Shown here piece by piece: positions 1 to 13,617 of a stretch of 64,000 nucleotides of DNA (its first letter is position 1; every line of letters begins with the position of its first letter). This stretch comes from Eledone cirrhosa. Its lineage: Eukaryota. A program made the position numbers and the translations under genes. The notes under the pieces are model-generated. The model saw only the letters and a program-made list of their open reading frames with translations. It was not told where the DNA came from and ran no database searches. The stretch lies in contig OZ024743.1 in the NCBI GenBank assembly GCA_964016885.1, positions 293,570,001 to 293,634,000 of the forward strand, given 5' to 3'.

Positions 1-102
1 AGACAGCCTATGCAACTCTAATGACCTCACTAAGCTAATGACCTAATGCATTAATTCATGAGAATTATGGGGCCCCTATAATTCCATTGCAAAATGGTCG
101 TG

Positions 103-300
103 GAGGTGCCACGGCAAAAAGCACCCAGCCCACACTGTAATGTGGACGTGCAGGCACCACGGAAAAAAGGCACCCAGCACTCACTGTAAATGAGGTTGGT
201 GTTAGGAAGGGCATCCAGCTGTAGAAATCAAGCCAGAATCAGTTCCCGTCCCACCCTTGCAAGCAGGGAAAAGAGGACGTAAAATAATGATGATGATGAT
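103..300 (+). mobile_element. SINE/LINE 3' fragment with RTE-like tail ending in (GAT)n; internal partial duplication
   Basis: Motif aggaagggcatccagctgtagaaatcaagcc...ggacgtaaa...tgatgatgat. Near-identical copy at 7465-7605, more diverged copies at 15720-15910 and 48715-48880 (minus). Confidence 0.7.
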
Positions 301-915
301 AGTAATAATAATAGTAATAATAATAAATGTGAAGACCAAAATCCAAAGAGGACTCGATAATGATAAATATATATCAAATATATAAGAACCCTAGAGCAAA
401 TGTTTATTAAAATAACAGATTAAAGGTTATGCAAAGAATCGCTGCTTTCTCCCTTAGCAGGATCTCCTGAAATTGAGTTATATATATATATGTATGTAAA
501 AGGTAAAAAGAAATAACAACACAATTGGTACAGTATATGGAAGGGATATATTAGGTTAACGCTTGATATAGCAGGAAGAGTGTATGTATGTATGTATATA
601 TTGTCCTTCTCTTAGTATTATTATTGTTATTTTACTTCGATGTTGTTTGAAATCTATTATTATAATTCTTATTGCCTTTACTGTTCATGATGTTGTATAT
701 AACCTTTGCCATTACGGTTATTATAATATTTATCATCATTGTACTATTTATATTAATTTTATTATTGTTGTTGTTATTATCATTATGGATTGGCAGAACC
801 TTTGCAGCATCTGACAAAATATCATATCGTATTTATTCCAATCCTTTACATTCCAGGGTTGATAAAATAAAGTGGCCACTTTACCCTCACCTGCAAAATT
901 GCTGCCATTATTTGA

Positions 916-1150
916 GGGCAGTGATTTGGCAGAATCAATAGAGCACTAAACAAAATACCATGTGGTATTTGTTCTAGATCTTTAGGTTCTGAGTTCAAAT
1001 CCCACCAAAGTCAACTTTGCTTGACATCCTTCCAGGTTTGATTAAGTACTAATCAAATCTTGAGGTTAACTTTCCTAACTCCCTAAATTGCTGGGCTTGT
1101 ATCATAAATGAGAAACTATTATTATTATCATTTTTATTATTATTATTATC
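916..1150 (+). mobile_element. tRNA-derived SINE with Deu/Nin-like domain and (ATT)n tail
   Basis: ggcagtgatttggcagaat head, ttctgagttcaaatcccacc B-box-like motif, aactttgc...catccttccagg...aagtac core, agaaactattattatt tail. Many copies in the window. Confidence 0.7.
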
Positions 1151-1221
1151 CACATTGCCCAAATCGAATGAGATTCATCTTTTGGTTATTTTTCTATTTT
1201 TTCTTTTATTTATCATTTCTC

Positions 1222-1254
<33 letters not shown>

Positions 1255-1599
1255 GGGCCCTTGTAGCCAGTAAAAGAAATTATTATTATTATTATTTTCC
1301 CCTGCTATATGCATGTCTTCTCTCTCTTTGTCCTTCCCCTACTGCCCTATTTTTGTCTTATTTATTTCCTTGCTTAAAAGTACTGCTATTTTTATTTGTT
1401 TTGTCTCTTAGTTTTCTTTTTCTCTCTGTGTGTCTGATCATTATTATTAATTATTATTATCATTTGGAGCTACACATGGTTTGTGTTGGTGGTGAGTTTA
1501 TGTTCAAATTTTGTTTTTGTTTTGGTGACTTCATTTAAACATTTTGTTCAGTTGTTTAGATAATGACTTTATCCAAATATCTGAAAAAAGACTTCTTTC

Positions 1600-3793
1600 A
1601 CAGATGGATCAGGCAAAGGACTTTTTCTCATTTTCCAAAAACTAATTTCTCATAAGCTGCATATTTAAAAGAAAAATGGCAAAGGGAAAGCAAAAATCAA
1701 CTATACTACAAATAGCATCACCCCCTTCCTGTTAAAATAAGCTTTGATAGCAGCCCTAAAGACTTGAAAGGGAAAGGCAACAAAAACATGTTACTGACTT
1801 CATTGCTGTCCTTGAATCAATCCAAAACAAGCAGTAGAAGACAACAAACAAACCTCATTGACATCATCACAACTAAAAACAATAACACCATTATCACTAA
1901 CAGCTATTCATACCACCACAGCAATCACCAAAGAAACATTTGGAAAAAGTAACATTTTTGAAAAGATTTTGGAGAAGTTCAGCAAATTTTCCCTATGTTA
2001 AATCCCCCCCCCCCTCCCACTGCCAACAACAGCACCTCTTTCAACTCCACTGTTACTGACAGCAGCAACACTACCACCACCACCACCACCACCAAAACAA
2101 ACAACAACATCAACAACTTTAGTAGTATGCTCAAAGCTGGTTTCCTTCACTGGAATTGCAAAATCCTTTGAATGTGTGTCCCTGGAAAACATAAATATAC
2201 ACATTGAAGAGGCTGGGAAAATCATAAGAACAGAGTGTAGGAAAGCAGACCACATTTGCTGTACCATCGAAGAAATGGCCAAGAGAATGGTGATATAACA
2301 ATGTCTGAATATTAAAAGCTGACATTTAGAAACAGCATCTCATGGACAAATTGAAAAATGTCTGCCACCCATATGGAAGAACATTGATTTTGTAATATGA
2401 GCAAGACAATACAGCTATGTGAGAATTGACTTCCACACAGAAGCTCAAGCAAAACTATACATTGGAAAGAGTATATGTTCTGCACACATTCTTTCCAAGT
2501 ATAGAGGCTGAAGAGTCATCAAAGTAAACATTTTGGAAGTACCACCAAAGCTAGGTTTCTGGTAGGTGGCTAGATACATAGTTCTAGAAGCTATGAACAT
2601 GGATCTAGAATTTAAAAAAATGTCTTAAAAAGAAAACTTGTCGGGTATCAGATTGGTGCTTCTAATCCAAATAAAACCAGAAACTCTTGGCAAGATACCC
2701 AGCCTCATTGAATCACTAAATGGTCAGCAGCTGCAGCATTTAGTCAAAGATAGAATACCTAGGTGTTGCTTTTGTGGGATCAGCACAAAGACCATGCTTG
2801 CATCCAGGGAGAACTTGCACAACCACAGTATCAACAAAAACAACCACAACACCGCCAACAGAAACCACAGCAGTACAAACTTGGAAACTAGAAGGTTTTA
2901 AAGCACTCGCACACAGCCACCTGCCAATTAGACAGTATAAACAATCGAAACTTCGCCTTCATGCTCTGTAGAAGGTTAATGGCAGGTAAAAGCAGAGGAG
3001 ACTCTGGGTGTTTTGTCAGGACTTTCAGTCAAAGGCCCATGGATAATTTCCAGAAATCCCTGGCCTGAAAGTGCCAGAAGAAAACATTGCCAGTTTGAGA
3101 TAAACTCAACAGGCATCGAAGTGCTGTTGGTTGGACCTATCAGAGGTGTGTGTAGTGTGACAAAACCTGCTGTATGCACTCATCTAATGTCTAGTATTGC
3201 TGACTTGTGTGTATATATTTGAACACTTGCTGTTGCATGCAGGGAGGATTTGGCTATTAAGTGAGTCCTTCAGAAAGATTGCTCCACCGCCTTCCTTAAG
3301 CCAGGAAGGATAGGAATTTTTTATCTGCCTGATGACCATGGCAAAAGTGGACACATTTCAAAGGTTTGAAGACAAGCACTTTTCTCTTTGGCGAAGCCCT
3401 GATTAACTTTTTCAGGTATACCTAAAGAGAAGAAAATCAAGGTGGCAAGGGAAGTGCTGCTTCCAACCAGTTTGTTAAAAGGTGAGTGAGAGTGGCCAGC
3501 ATGTTCTGAGTGAATGGGTCTACTCTGAGTATCCACCTGTAAATTGAAGGAGGACAACTGGAAGAGGGCACTTGCTTTAGCAATCAGGGTGACTGGGAAT
3601 ATTTATGGGCTTCCTCCATGAGTGAGACCCTTGGAGGTCTTCCTCTATTGAGTAATTTGTTTTTGTTTGTTTGATTTTTAAATGTTTATGTTTTTAGTTT
3701 TTGTTACAACCTTTTTTTTACTTAAAAACCCACATTGTATTCTCCTGTGCCATCTTTATTGTTTGCTTAATGTCAGCCCAGTGTGGCTAATAA
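1600..3793 (+). mobile_element. Degenerate, internally deleted L1/Tx1-like non-LTR retrotransposon relic
   Basis: Broken ORF1-like text ending in a zinc-knuckle-like IPRCCFCG (2638-2901), then higher-GC ORF2-like fragments and a 3' end ...gtggctaataaagaaaccattattatta. Similar 3' ends at ~1255-1295, 9555-9700 (minus) and ~26250 (minus). Boundaries approximate. Confidence 0.4.
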
Positions 3794-6004
3794 AGAAACC
3801 ATTATTATTATTAAACTTCACATTCCACTGAAATTTCTACAAAACATTGCCCCAACCCAACTCTTTTGTCTCCTTTTATATTTTTTATCCCTTTTGATTC
3901 ATAAACAAAAATGTTTTTTTAATTTAAAAAGATAAAAGCAGTGTTAAATGAAGCCACAATGATATAATTTTTTTACAAAATATATTTAAAAGCAAAAAAG
4001 AGCAAAAAATAATAAGGTATTAAATTAGGTTCATTATTAATATTTTTTCTAGTTCATTACATTTCTGAGTTCAAATCCTGTCTAGGTCAATTACACCTTT
4101 CATCCTTCTGGTGTCAATAAAATGAAGTGTCAGTCAAGTACTGGAGTTTATTGCAGCTACTTCCCTTCTCCCAAAACCTGCTGGCTTTTTGTCTAAATTA
4201 GAACACCTGTCCTCAAATCAACTTTGCCTTCCATTCCTCAATAGTCGATAAAATAAAAGACCAGTCAAAAACTGGGACAGGTTTAATTGACTTTCCTCTC
4301 CTGCCAAAATTGTTGGCCTTGTGTCTCAATTAGAAACTGTTATTATTATTATTATTATTATTATTAATATCTTCATTATTTGCACTGGGGTTGATTTAAT
4401 CAAGTTGCACTTTCCCTAAAATTACTGGCATTGTGCAAGTTGTAGAAGTCATTATTATTATTATTATAATTATTCTATTATCATTATTATCATCATCATC
4501 ACTGGGTAGATAAAGTTCTGCTACAAGATGTATTGTATTTCTAGATCTGTACAGTTAATTCTGTATTTCTTTTCTTCCCCAGCTGTAGAGGAATAAGTTA
4601 ATTATGTAATCAATATAACCTTTTAAAATAATCATCTACTGTTATCTAGTGTCTATCTTTCAGGGGTTAGGAGGAGAATTGACTGATTTGTTAGAACCTC
4701 AGTTTTTGTACCAATTCAAGGCACACTGGGTTCAAATCTCATGAGGGCCTACTATGCCTTTCATCCTTTCAGGACCAATAAATAAAGTACCAGTTCAGTG
4801 ACCCATGGATTGGCATAATTTGTAAAGAGATGGACTGGATGTTTTACAGTATTTGAACCTGTTTTGTGTATTCTCAGTTCAAATCCTGTCTCATACCAGG
4901 AGTTGCAACTGACATATTATCAGAAATGGAAATAACAATGGAAACAGTTTTCTTTGTCCTATCTGATTATTGGTTCCCTCCGTTTTCTCTCTTGGAAGGA
5001 TATGGCAATTGATTTGGGTCAACTCTGAGAGCTGACAAGGATATCTGTGGTTACTTGAGGTTACATGGAACCTAGAACAATAAGTAAAAGCATGGTACAT
5101 GCTGCCAAATCATCATTTATTTCAAATGATAGCTGCAGTTAGTTATCTAGGAAGAATATTATCATTTATCTCCTATGTGATACATATGACAATCCAGCTT
5201 GAAAATCTGTCTTATAAATCCTAATGATAGCATAATTATCGTAAACAATAATAACTTATGTTCAGATAGGTTTTATATTTTTTTAAATCTATATGTAATA
5301 TCACATATTAATAATATCTAGTCAATGTTAAAAGAGAGATTTGCCTTTCATCTTACCAGTCAAGAACTGAAATTGATTTAGTCAACTCTTTTTTTCTCTA
5401 TCAACATTCCTGGTTTCATGCTTCTATAGTTTATCATAATTATTTTTAGAAATTAATTTTTTAGTCTTGTATTTTTCAAGAATCATACTTGCTATATACT
5501 GAAGTGCACCACATCATCTATGAACCTCATTCCTTTATCAATAGACCAACAAAATTTCTCTATCTTTGTAGATATAAGAAAGGTTATATTTATGCATATC
5601 CATTCAAGCATGGACACATTTTAAAAAACGTTAAACTGTGATGATGATGATGATGTTATATGTATCATCATCATCATCATCATCATCATCGTTTAACGTC
5701 CATCTTCCAAGCTAGCATGGGTTTGGACGGGGATATATATATATATATATATACTGATAGATTTACAAAATTGCACTACCACAAGATGCTTTGTGCACAT
5801 ATGACATTGTAACTCTGTGCCATACACTTTGTTACTCAATGATAACTGAAATGAATTCCAGAAATAGAGTATACTCATACAGATTTAGTAGTGTGGTTGC
5901 AGTAATTGAACAAATTAATTAGGGTTATCAATAAAATTAATACAACTAATATCCACCAATTAATAAATCAAGTCAATTAATAAAAGATATCAAAATTATT
6001 GCTT

Positions 6005-6039
<35 letters not shown>

Positions 6040-7279
6040 CAATTAGCTTGAATTGTGGATAAAAATGTAAAAGAACGAATACAAGATAGATATTTACTAA
6101 AAAATATTCAAAGAATAAAACTTACACAAGGTTATTTTTCTTTACTTCTGATGATTTTTCCTTTATTGAAAATTTTTTTCTCCCTCAAATTACATTGCTT
6201 GCTTGCTCAATTTTTCCATTGCTGAAAAGCTTTCTTCTCTGAGCGTTTTATTTATTTACTTTTTCTTATACTGTTGCCTTTCTCCCAGTACTGAAAAGAA
6301 AAATTAAGCAATGCTAATGCAGCAAAAATCAAACAGAAATTCAGGTGCATATAGGAAAAAATGTAGGAATTTGCTAAATATATTTCATATAATATGTTTA
6401 AAATAATTACAGAAGATTCATTAGGTTTCTTTTATTTTCATATATTTCTTTCTCCTTTTGAGGGTTTCTAACAAATAATTATTTTTCATTTTGTTTTGTC
6501 TATTTATTTACTTATTTATATATTCTTTTTTCTTGTTTTATTTTTTTAAATTGCTGTCTCTTTCTTATCACCCCACCTCTCACTTCTGATTTACTGCACA
6601 TAATATAAACATTGAATCAACCAGAGTACCTTTATGTGATTGCTCAACTTTTTACAGTGAGCAGTTATCTTCCTTTCTTTCTTTCTTTCTCTCAAATCCC
6701 AGCCTACCATCTTAAAAGGGAGGAGGGCATGCTAGATAAGGTTGTTTTACATATGTTATGTGTAAATAAATGACTGGATGTTCACATCTGGATTGATTGA
6801 GAAGATCAGTGTTACCTTTGTTGGTTAATTCATCCAATCTGAGAGGATGAATTAGCCACAGAAGATGAAACCCAGCCAATCCAAGATGCATAATAAATAT
6901 GATTCTATTACTTGTATTGAAATCTCCATTAGTAAATATTTGTTGTTATTTATAACATCACAACAATATTATTAACATTAATAGGTACACACACACATAT
7001 AAATATAACATGCAATTTCTGAGATACACATACTTTCCTACACTTCTAACAGCTTTTCTGTGTGGTATCTTATTAAAGTTTTTGGTTTCTCTTTTTATCA
7101 TTTCTACTCAAGTATTGTATAACAAACAAGTTCTAAAACAAAGCTAATATGGTATCTTGGTTGAGATTCTATCATATAAGTCAATACAAGATTTTGTCAG
7201 TAGGTACTACTAACCAATGAGGCTTGAGCTAACAGGGTTTCTTTTCTATATTTTTTTATGTTTGCACATACACATTTAT

Positions 7280-7425
7280 GGAGCACATGGCTTAGTGGTT
7301 AGAGCATTGGCCTTGCAATCGAAAGGTTGTGAGTTCAATTCTCAGACCGGGTGATGTGTTGTTTCCTTGAGCAAGACACTTTATTTCACATTGCTCCAGT
7401 TTACTCAGCTGTAGAAATGAGATGA
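7280..7425 (+). mobile_element. tRNA-derived SINE (CORE/Meta-type domain)
   Basis: tggcttagtggttagagc A-box, gagttcaattc B-box, then ccttgagcaagacactttatttcacattgctccagt...ctcagctgtagaaatgag. Related copies at 7981-8220, 11282-11700, 35085-35370. Confidence 0.7.
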
Positions 7426-7464
7426 TAGGGACTGGGGTCCATATCATTCCACTGCAAAGTGGTC

Positions 7465-7605
7465 ATGTAGGTGCCACGGCAAAAAAGCACCCAGCACTCC
7501 CTGTAAATGAGGTTGGTGTTAGGAAGGGCATCCAGCTGTAGAAATCAAGCCAAAATGAGTTCCCGTCCCACCCTTGCAAGCAGGGAAAAAGCGGACGTAA
7601 AATGA
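7465..7605 (+). mobile_element. RTE-tail SINE/LINE 3' fragment
   Basis: Near-identical to 103-285. Confidence 0.7.
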
Positions 7606-7980
7606 AATGATACACATATATAAATTTAACATATATATATTGAAAGCAACTTCCCACAAAGTGCTCAATAAATAATGAACAATAAGTTAGGATATTTACC
7701 ATTATAACATTAGTCTTCATGATAAATATGTGACAGAGTTAAGACACAGTAAAATCACATTAAACAAACACATGAAATAGTTGTTTTTCAAGCTGGGACA
7801 TGTTCTAGTTCTGCAAGCCAATCTCATGACTTACTTCAACAAAAGAGAGAGTAGTTATTCCTTTTTACAACCTCCCAGTCACAATATATATATATGTTTT
7901 GATTGGTGACCATTTCAAATTAAGTAAAGAATAAATTGCTTTAAATGAAAGAAAATTTCCATTTTTGGCATGCTAAATAT

Positions 7981-8220
7981 GGAGGTGTGTGGCCTAGTGG
8001 TAAGGGTGTTGGACTTACGATCAAAATGTCATAGGTTCGATTCCTGGCTTGGTTTGTGAGTTGTGCTCTTGAACAAAACACTTCATTTCACATTGCTCCT
8101 TTATACTCAGCTAAAATTGAGTACCAGCAATAGATGAGGGTTCAACCTTGCAATGCACTGGCATCCTGTCCAGTGAGTCGTGTACTCTGTCTTCACACCA
8201 TAGAAACCGAGACAAGCATT
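7981..8220 (+). mobile_element. tRNA-derived SINE (CORE/Meta-type domain)
   Basis: tggcctagtggtaaggg A-box, ggttcgattcc B-box, cttgaacaaaacacttcatttcacattgctcc core. Confidence 0.7.
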
Positions 8221-9813
8221 GTGTTTAGCACAATTTAATGTGAGGCATTCATGATGCCACAAAATGCTTTATGATGGCTTTACTTTAGGAGGAAGATGAC
8301 CCCTATGAACATTTCATAGTTTCTCTGGGTTTGAAAATAAAAGAGTCCTTATTAGAGCAGAGAAATGACCTGTGTATTTCCAATAGAATTGGCTTTCCTT
8401 GAAACAGCTAAAAGATTGGTGGTGATGTGTATTAAATCTGTAAATCAGAAGAAAATATGTAATATATTAATCCAATTCAGACACTACCAGTCTTGTTCTG
8501 TCTGTTTTATTAGCTTCAATCTCTGAATTGTATTTACAGTCTGTATGTGTGGCAGCTAGAATACAAAAGCATAATTAATCTACATTAAACTCATGACATA
8601 TAACACAACCCACTATATTATTAATTTTGCTGACACTACATTCCCTCCATCAAACATCACACCCCTCCTGTTTGGTCATTTTACATGAAAAGTGCTAATT
8701 TGTTTCAATTGCTATTTTTCTTCCTATTATCATCTCCTTTATTCTAGTTTCTCATCTCGTGTTTCATCCATTCTTCATATATTCCTCTTCTATTTTCTAT
8801 TGTTTTATTTCTTTATCTATAATCCTTGTTTTAAGTGATTAAAGCAAATACAAAGAGGCATTAGAGTATAGTGCAAAACACCTTGTCATATTTGTTCCAA
8901 TATTCTGAATTTAAATCCTACCAAAGTCAACTTTGCCTTTCATTCTTTTGGTATCCATGAAGTAACATACCAGTCCAGGTTGTTGAACCTCCAGAATTGT
9001 TAGTATGAGATATTTCTTCAGGATCTTTGCATTTTGAGTTCAAATGTTGTGGTAGTTTTACCTGGGTAGCAGACTAATTTATCACCCAGTTTCACAACAC
9101 CACCAATCCCTCATGTGCCTTTAGCAGAGACCATTTGGTTGCAAGCATTCAGATCAAGTTTCCAGGTTGGGGATTCCTTCCTTCTCTCCTACTAGTTTTA
9201 GAGGCACTGAAATTCCTCATGAATACTATCTTTCCATCCCTACAACAGAAGAAATTCTACAACAGAAAAAATTCAAATATATAACAATCCTGTTACATTT
9301 GTTCATATATTAATGTAGATATAGTGTGTTGGCAACCTTTGTTGTCCGCTTACCCTAAAAATAAGAATAATAGCTTCAGCTTAATGACTGGAACCTATAT
9401 AAGTGTAAAATCAATGAGATTAATCAGTTATGATTTAATATCAGACGTCTAAAATGATAAAACGGTACTACTACTGTTAAGAATTATAACAATGTTTGTA
9501 GTAGTTACAATAATAATAGTAGTAATTGAAAAAATAGTATTGATAATAAGAATAGTAACAATTTTCTTTTATTGGCTTCTAAGGCCCATATCATTACAGA
9601 TATAAGTGAAATACATAATGAATGAAATACATAAAGCAGCATTGAATCAAATGTTGGGTTCAGCATTAACAATAAGGACGCAGGTATGTCCAGGCAACAA
9701 TATATAAAAATAGCAGTACAAAGCAAAGTAGATATAAGAAAATGCCTCCCCCCCCCCCCCCCCCATATATATATATAATGGAAAATGGACGTTAAACGAT
9801 GATGATGATGATG

Positions 9814-9856
<43 letters not shown>

Positions 9857-10103
9857 GGCCAAAACCACAGTCGGTGAGTTAGGGCTCCCTTAATACAACT
9901 CCAAAAGCTATGTCTTAAGAAAATAATATATCTCACAAAATAAATACTTAGTTAACCACGACTTCCAACAAAATTCCTCAAACAAAATATTTTAAAATGG
10001 AGCCAAAAAAAGAGATAAACTAACTAAACAACAACAACAACAAAAAGAAAGAGAGGAAAAAACTAATGTCTATTATTATTGCCTTTGTTATCAAATTCTA
10101 CAG

Positions 10104-10277
10104 CGAACAAATCAGCTAGACCGGTGCCTACGATGAAAATAACGATGCCCACCATGGACACCACTACAGCTCCTCCAACCACCAACTTGACGCCATCAAT
10201 AACCCCAAGATGTCCACCTTGTAAACCATGCTTATCGCCCGATCCCAGCCGACCGGATGTCAAGTTTCCATCTGATG
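10104..10277 (+). CDS. Sema1a: Internal exon (174 nt, phase 1/1) of a transmembrane semaphorin-like gene; Thr/Pro-rich stalk NKSARPVPTMKITMPTMDTTTAPPTTNLTPSITPRCPPCKPCLSPDPSRPDVKFPSD
   Basis: GC-rich island bounded by ttctacag| and G|gttagc. Length divisible by 3, open frame, phase-compatible with the downstream exons. The Sema/PSI-domain exons would lie upstream of the window. Confidence 0.75.
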
Positions 10278-11363
10278 GTTAGCAAATGAAATGAATGACT
10301 AACACTTTCCTATATTATGTATATATATATATATATATTTATATACATATATATACATAATATATATAACATAATATTAATAATAGTAGTAATTAATACT
10401 ATAATCTCTAATTAGATGAAATAACCTTTAGAAAGAAAAAGACAACACCTGTTAACATTTTAAAATTATTTTTTATATATATATATATGTGTTAGAATGC
10501 ACCATACCCCTAAAATCTTCCACAAAACCGCTAACACCACCACCGCTTCTACCACTTCTACTACTACCACTTTTGCTGGTACTACTACTACCAAAATTTC
10601 CCAACACCTGAGGAAATGAGCTAATGAGGCAGCCTCTATGAGATCATTTAACTTGCTAAAAATAGCAGCATAATTTTCCTCATCAATTTTCTTAAGAAAA
10701 ATTGGATAGTCACATTATGTAATATAGCCATAGTAATTCTGTTTGGAAAAAATATCATGAGGTGGTAAATGATAAAATATTTTTACTGATATATTTCTTG
10801 GTCAACCTAGACTGATCTTCAACTACCTGGAGAGGAGAGAGGCTCTGCCAGGTTTTGAAAATACCCTAGAACCACTGTGTGTCAATACAGCACCCCTACG
10901 GTTTTCCCAGGAGTTACAAGATTAAAGACCTTCTCCCTGCTTTTTTTCGTAATGAACCAATGAGGGGACTTTTTTTAAAGTTTTCACATAAGCTGCTTAA
11001 TTCTTTGAGTGCTAGTGACATTTTTTGGTATTTATCTGTGCTAGGCCAGGATCACACATTAATGTTTAGATTAAAAAATATTTTTAATAAAACCAAAATG
11101 TTAAACAACATAACAACCAAATATTTTTCAACAAATTATTTTGCTGAAGAAAAAAAATGCTGGCTATTTCTTCACCTCAAGTACACCAATCTAACAAGTT
11201 GTTTTCGTGTTTTAGTATTTTTTAATTTAATTATTTGGTTCTTGTCATACACGACTCTAATAATTTAGAAAAAAAAACTGAATGGTATGTAACCTAGTTG
11301 TTGTTTTAATGATAAGAACTTTAGTTTTGTCCCTGGACAAAGAAACTGCATTATATCTTAAGC

Positions 11364-11506
11364 TCGGACGCCATGTTATGCCCCTTTATGGTGTGAGTTC
11401 AAATCCCGCCGAGGTTCACTTTGCCTTTCATCCTTACGGGGTCAATAAAATAAAGTACCAGTAATGTACTGGGGTAATTGCTGGCCTTGTGCCAATAGTA
11501 GAAACA
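11364..11506 (+). mobile_element. Young 5'-truncated Deu/Nin-like SINE inserted in an older SINE
   Basis: 14-bp TSD attatatcttaagc at 11350-11363 and 11507-11520. Close match to 59137-59320. Confidence 0.85.
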
Positions 11507-11716
11507 ATTATATCTTAAGCAAATTACTTTATTTCATGTTGCTCCAGTCCAATTAACTAAAACCAAATACCAGCAGTGTCAGCTGGGAGTTAACCATGTG
11601 AAGGACTGGCATACTATCAAAGGCATCTTGTACTCCCATTCACTTAATGCCACATGAGACTAAGGGTGAGCTTTGTCTTGATGAGTGTCTAGGCCGAAGA
11701 GTGACAACTTAAAATT

Positions 11717-11945
11717 TTAATCCTTTATTATCATATTTCTAATGAAAAACACTGCCTATGATTTTTTAATAAGAATTTGAGGAATTTTCTGATAATGTAA
11801 ATAACTTGCCCATTATTATGTGTAGATCATTTGTTAACAAAGATGTTTACATAAAACTATGGTGGAATGTTTTTAGATAAATATGAATACTTCAAAAAGG
11901 AAATATGATATCGTAGAATCAGAGGCAGTTTGGAAATCCTTGATA
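11717..11945 (-). mobile_element. piggyBac-like MITE (decayed)
   Basis: Begins ttaatcctttattatcatatttctaatgaaaaacactgcc, matching the reverse complement of the end of the 25488-25727 copy. Confidence 0.5.
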
Positions 11946-12604
11946 GCCATGTATGTCCTTTTATCCATTTGCAGTAATAGTAGTAGTTAGTACTTATAGT
12001 ACTATAGAATTGATGTTAGTGGTGGTGCTGGTGTTGAGGGGGTCTGTGAGGGAAAATGGGGAAATACTTCCTGCATCGTGTGCCTCTTGCTACCTATCTA
12101 TTCATCTAACTTTCTATCTATCTGCCTATAAATATTTTTACAGCAAATAAAATCACCCCAATCTCCTTCAGAGGAAAGGACCCTCTTTCTTTGCTCTCCA
12201 ATGCTTTAGCTAGCTAAATAATTATTTCAAATCACATAAAATAAACTTTCTCAAACAAATCTAACCATTTCTTTTGTCTGCCCGATGCTAAAGTCACTAA
12301 CTTCAACATACAATGCTATATCTCTCATATTCTTGCTTCCTGAAGAGACTAAAATAACCTGTCTTTTCGTGCTTTTCTACCACATTTTCTCTACTAATAT
12401 GAACTAACTTATACTAAAGCCTCTCTCTCTTTCTCTCTCAAGCTATCTGCTGCCTGGTTTACTAAAAGCTTTTCTTTTTCCATTTTTATATTTTATTTCT
12501 GCCTGCCATGATTTCATTCTCTCCCTTTTAACTTCTTTTATAATGTTAAAAATGTTCAATTCTTTTTCAGTTTTTATGTTTATATATATATATGTATATA
12601 TGTA

Positions 12605-12644
<40 letters not shown>

Positions 12645-12758
12645 TACACATATATATATATATATATATGGTTACTTCTGTATGTTTTTTGTATTAAAAA
12701 AGAATAAATCCTCAAATGTAAACATAGAGGTAATTTATATATATTTTAATATAAGGTA

Positions 12759-13342
12759 CTAGCAGTGGTACCCGGCGTTGCACGGGATGAGGTATTGTGA
12801 AATATATAACCGCCTTAGCTAAGCTTAGTATTGCCACAACCGCGGCTAGCAAAGAAGTAAAGGTCTGGTGGTACGTACGTAAGCAACACTGTGGCTTAAA
12901 ACATGAGGAAGAAGTTGTATGCACTTACCAACTGTTTGGGGAATGAATGTGAGATTTGTCTTGAGCAAGGGTGACAGAATAACCGGAGGCAGCAGACAGC
13001 CAGACATACAGACAGAGATTATAAGGGCGCATTCTGGACGTAGAGCGAATTGTAGGAAGTGACGTAATGCAAACAGCTAGACATACAGACAGATATTATA
13101 AGGGTGCGACGTTATATGTATCTATCTAAAAAGAGAAAGACTAAGAATTATAGAGAGAGATCGCTAAATCGCCTAATGCGGTCCCTAGGGCATTGAAAAT
13201 TTGAAATTTCTTTTGCTCAGAACACTTCCTGAAACATAAGTATTACATGTGTAAAGTTTGAAAACAGTCGGTTGGGTGGTTCTCTAGTTTTAGGGATTCA
13301 AACTCACATACACACAGACATCCTCAGTTTTATATATATAGA
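12759..13342 (-). mobile_element. Non-autonomous Helitron (584 bp)
   Basis: On the minus strand: A|TCTATATATATAAAACTGAGGATGTCTGTGTG 5' end, GC hairpin CCCGTGCAACGCCGGG about 8 nt before the terminal CTAG|T. Inserted between A and T with no TSD. Internal ~30-bp direct repeat near 13000-13110. Confidence 0.9.
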
Positions 13343-13543
13343 TTATTTGGAATTTAACGAATTAATAATGTCATAGTCTTTGCAGATAAAAGCTCATATC
13401 TTCCATGATCAAACCTACATGTCTGAGCCACAAAAACCAATCATCAGCCATGTTTAAATCAGTAAACAGATGGTGGGAGATATGTGCCTTTATCAGTAAA
13501 AGTATGAAACTACTATTTTCTTGTAATCCAAACAATACAATGC

Positions 13544-13617
<74 letters not shown>

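Noticed and set aside
7280-7350. tRNA-like A/B boxes (also ~7985, 52040-52100, 53420-53490)
   Set aside because: They are SINE heads that continue into SINE core sequence and do not form a full cloverleaf.
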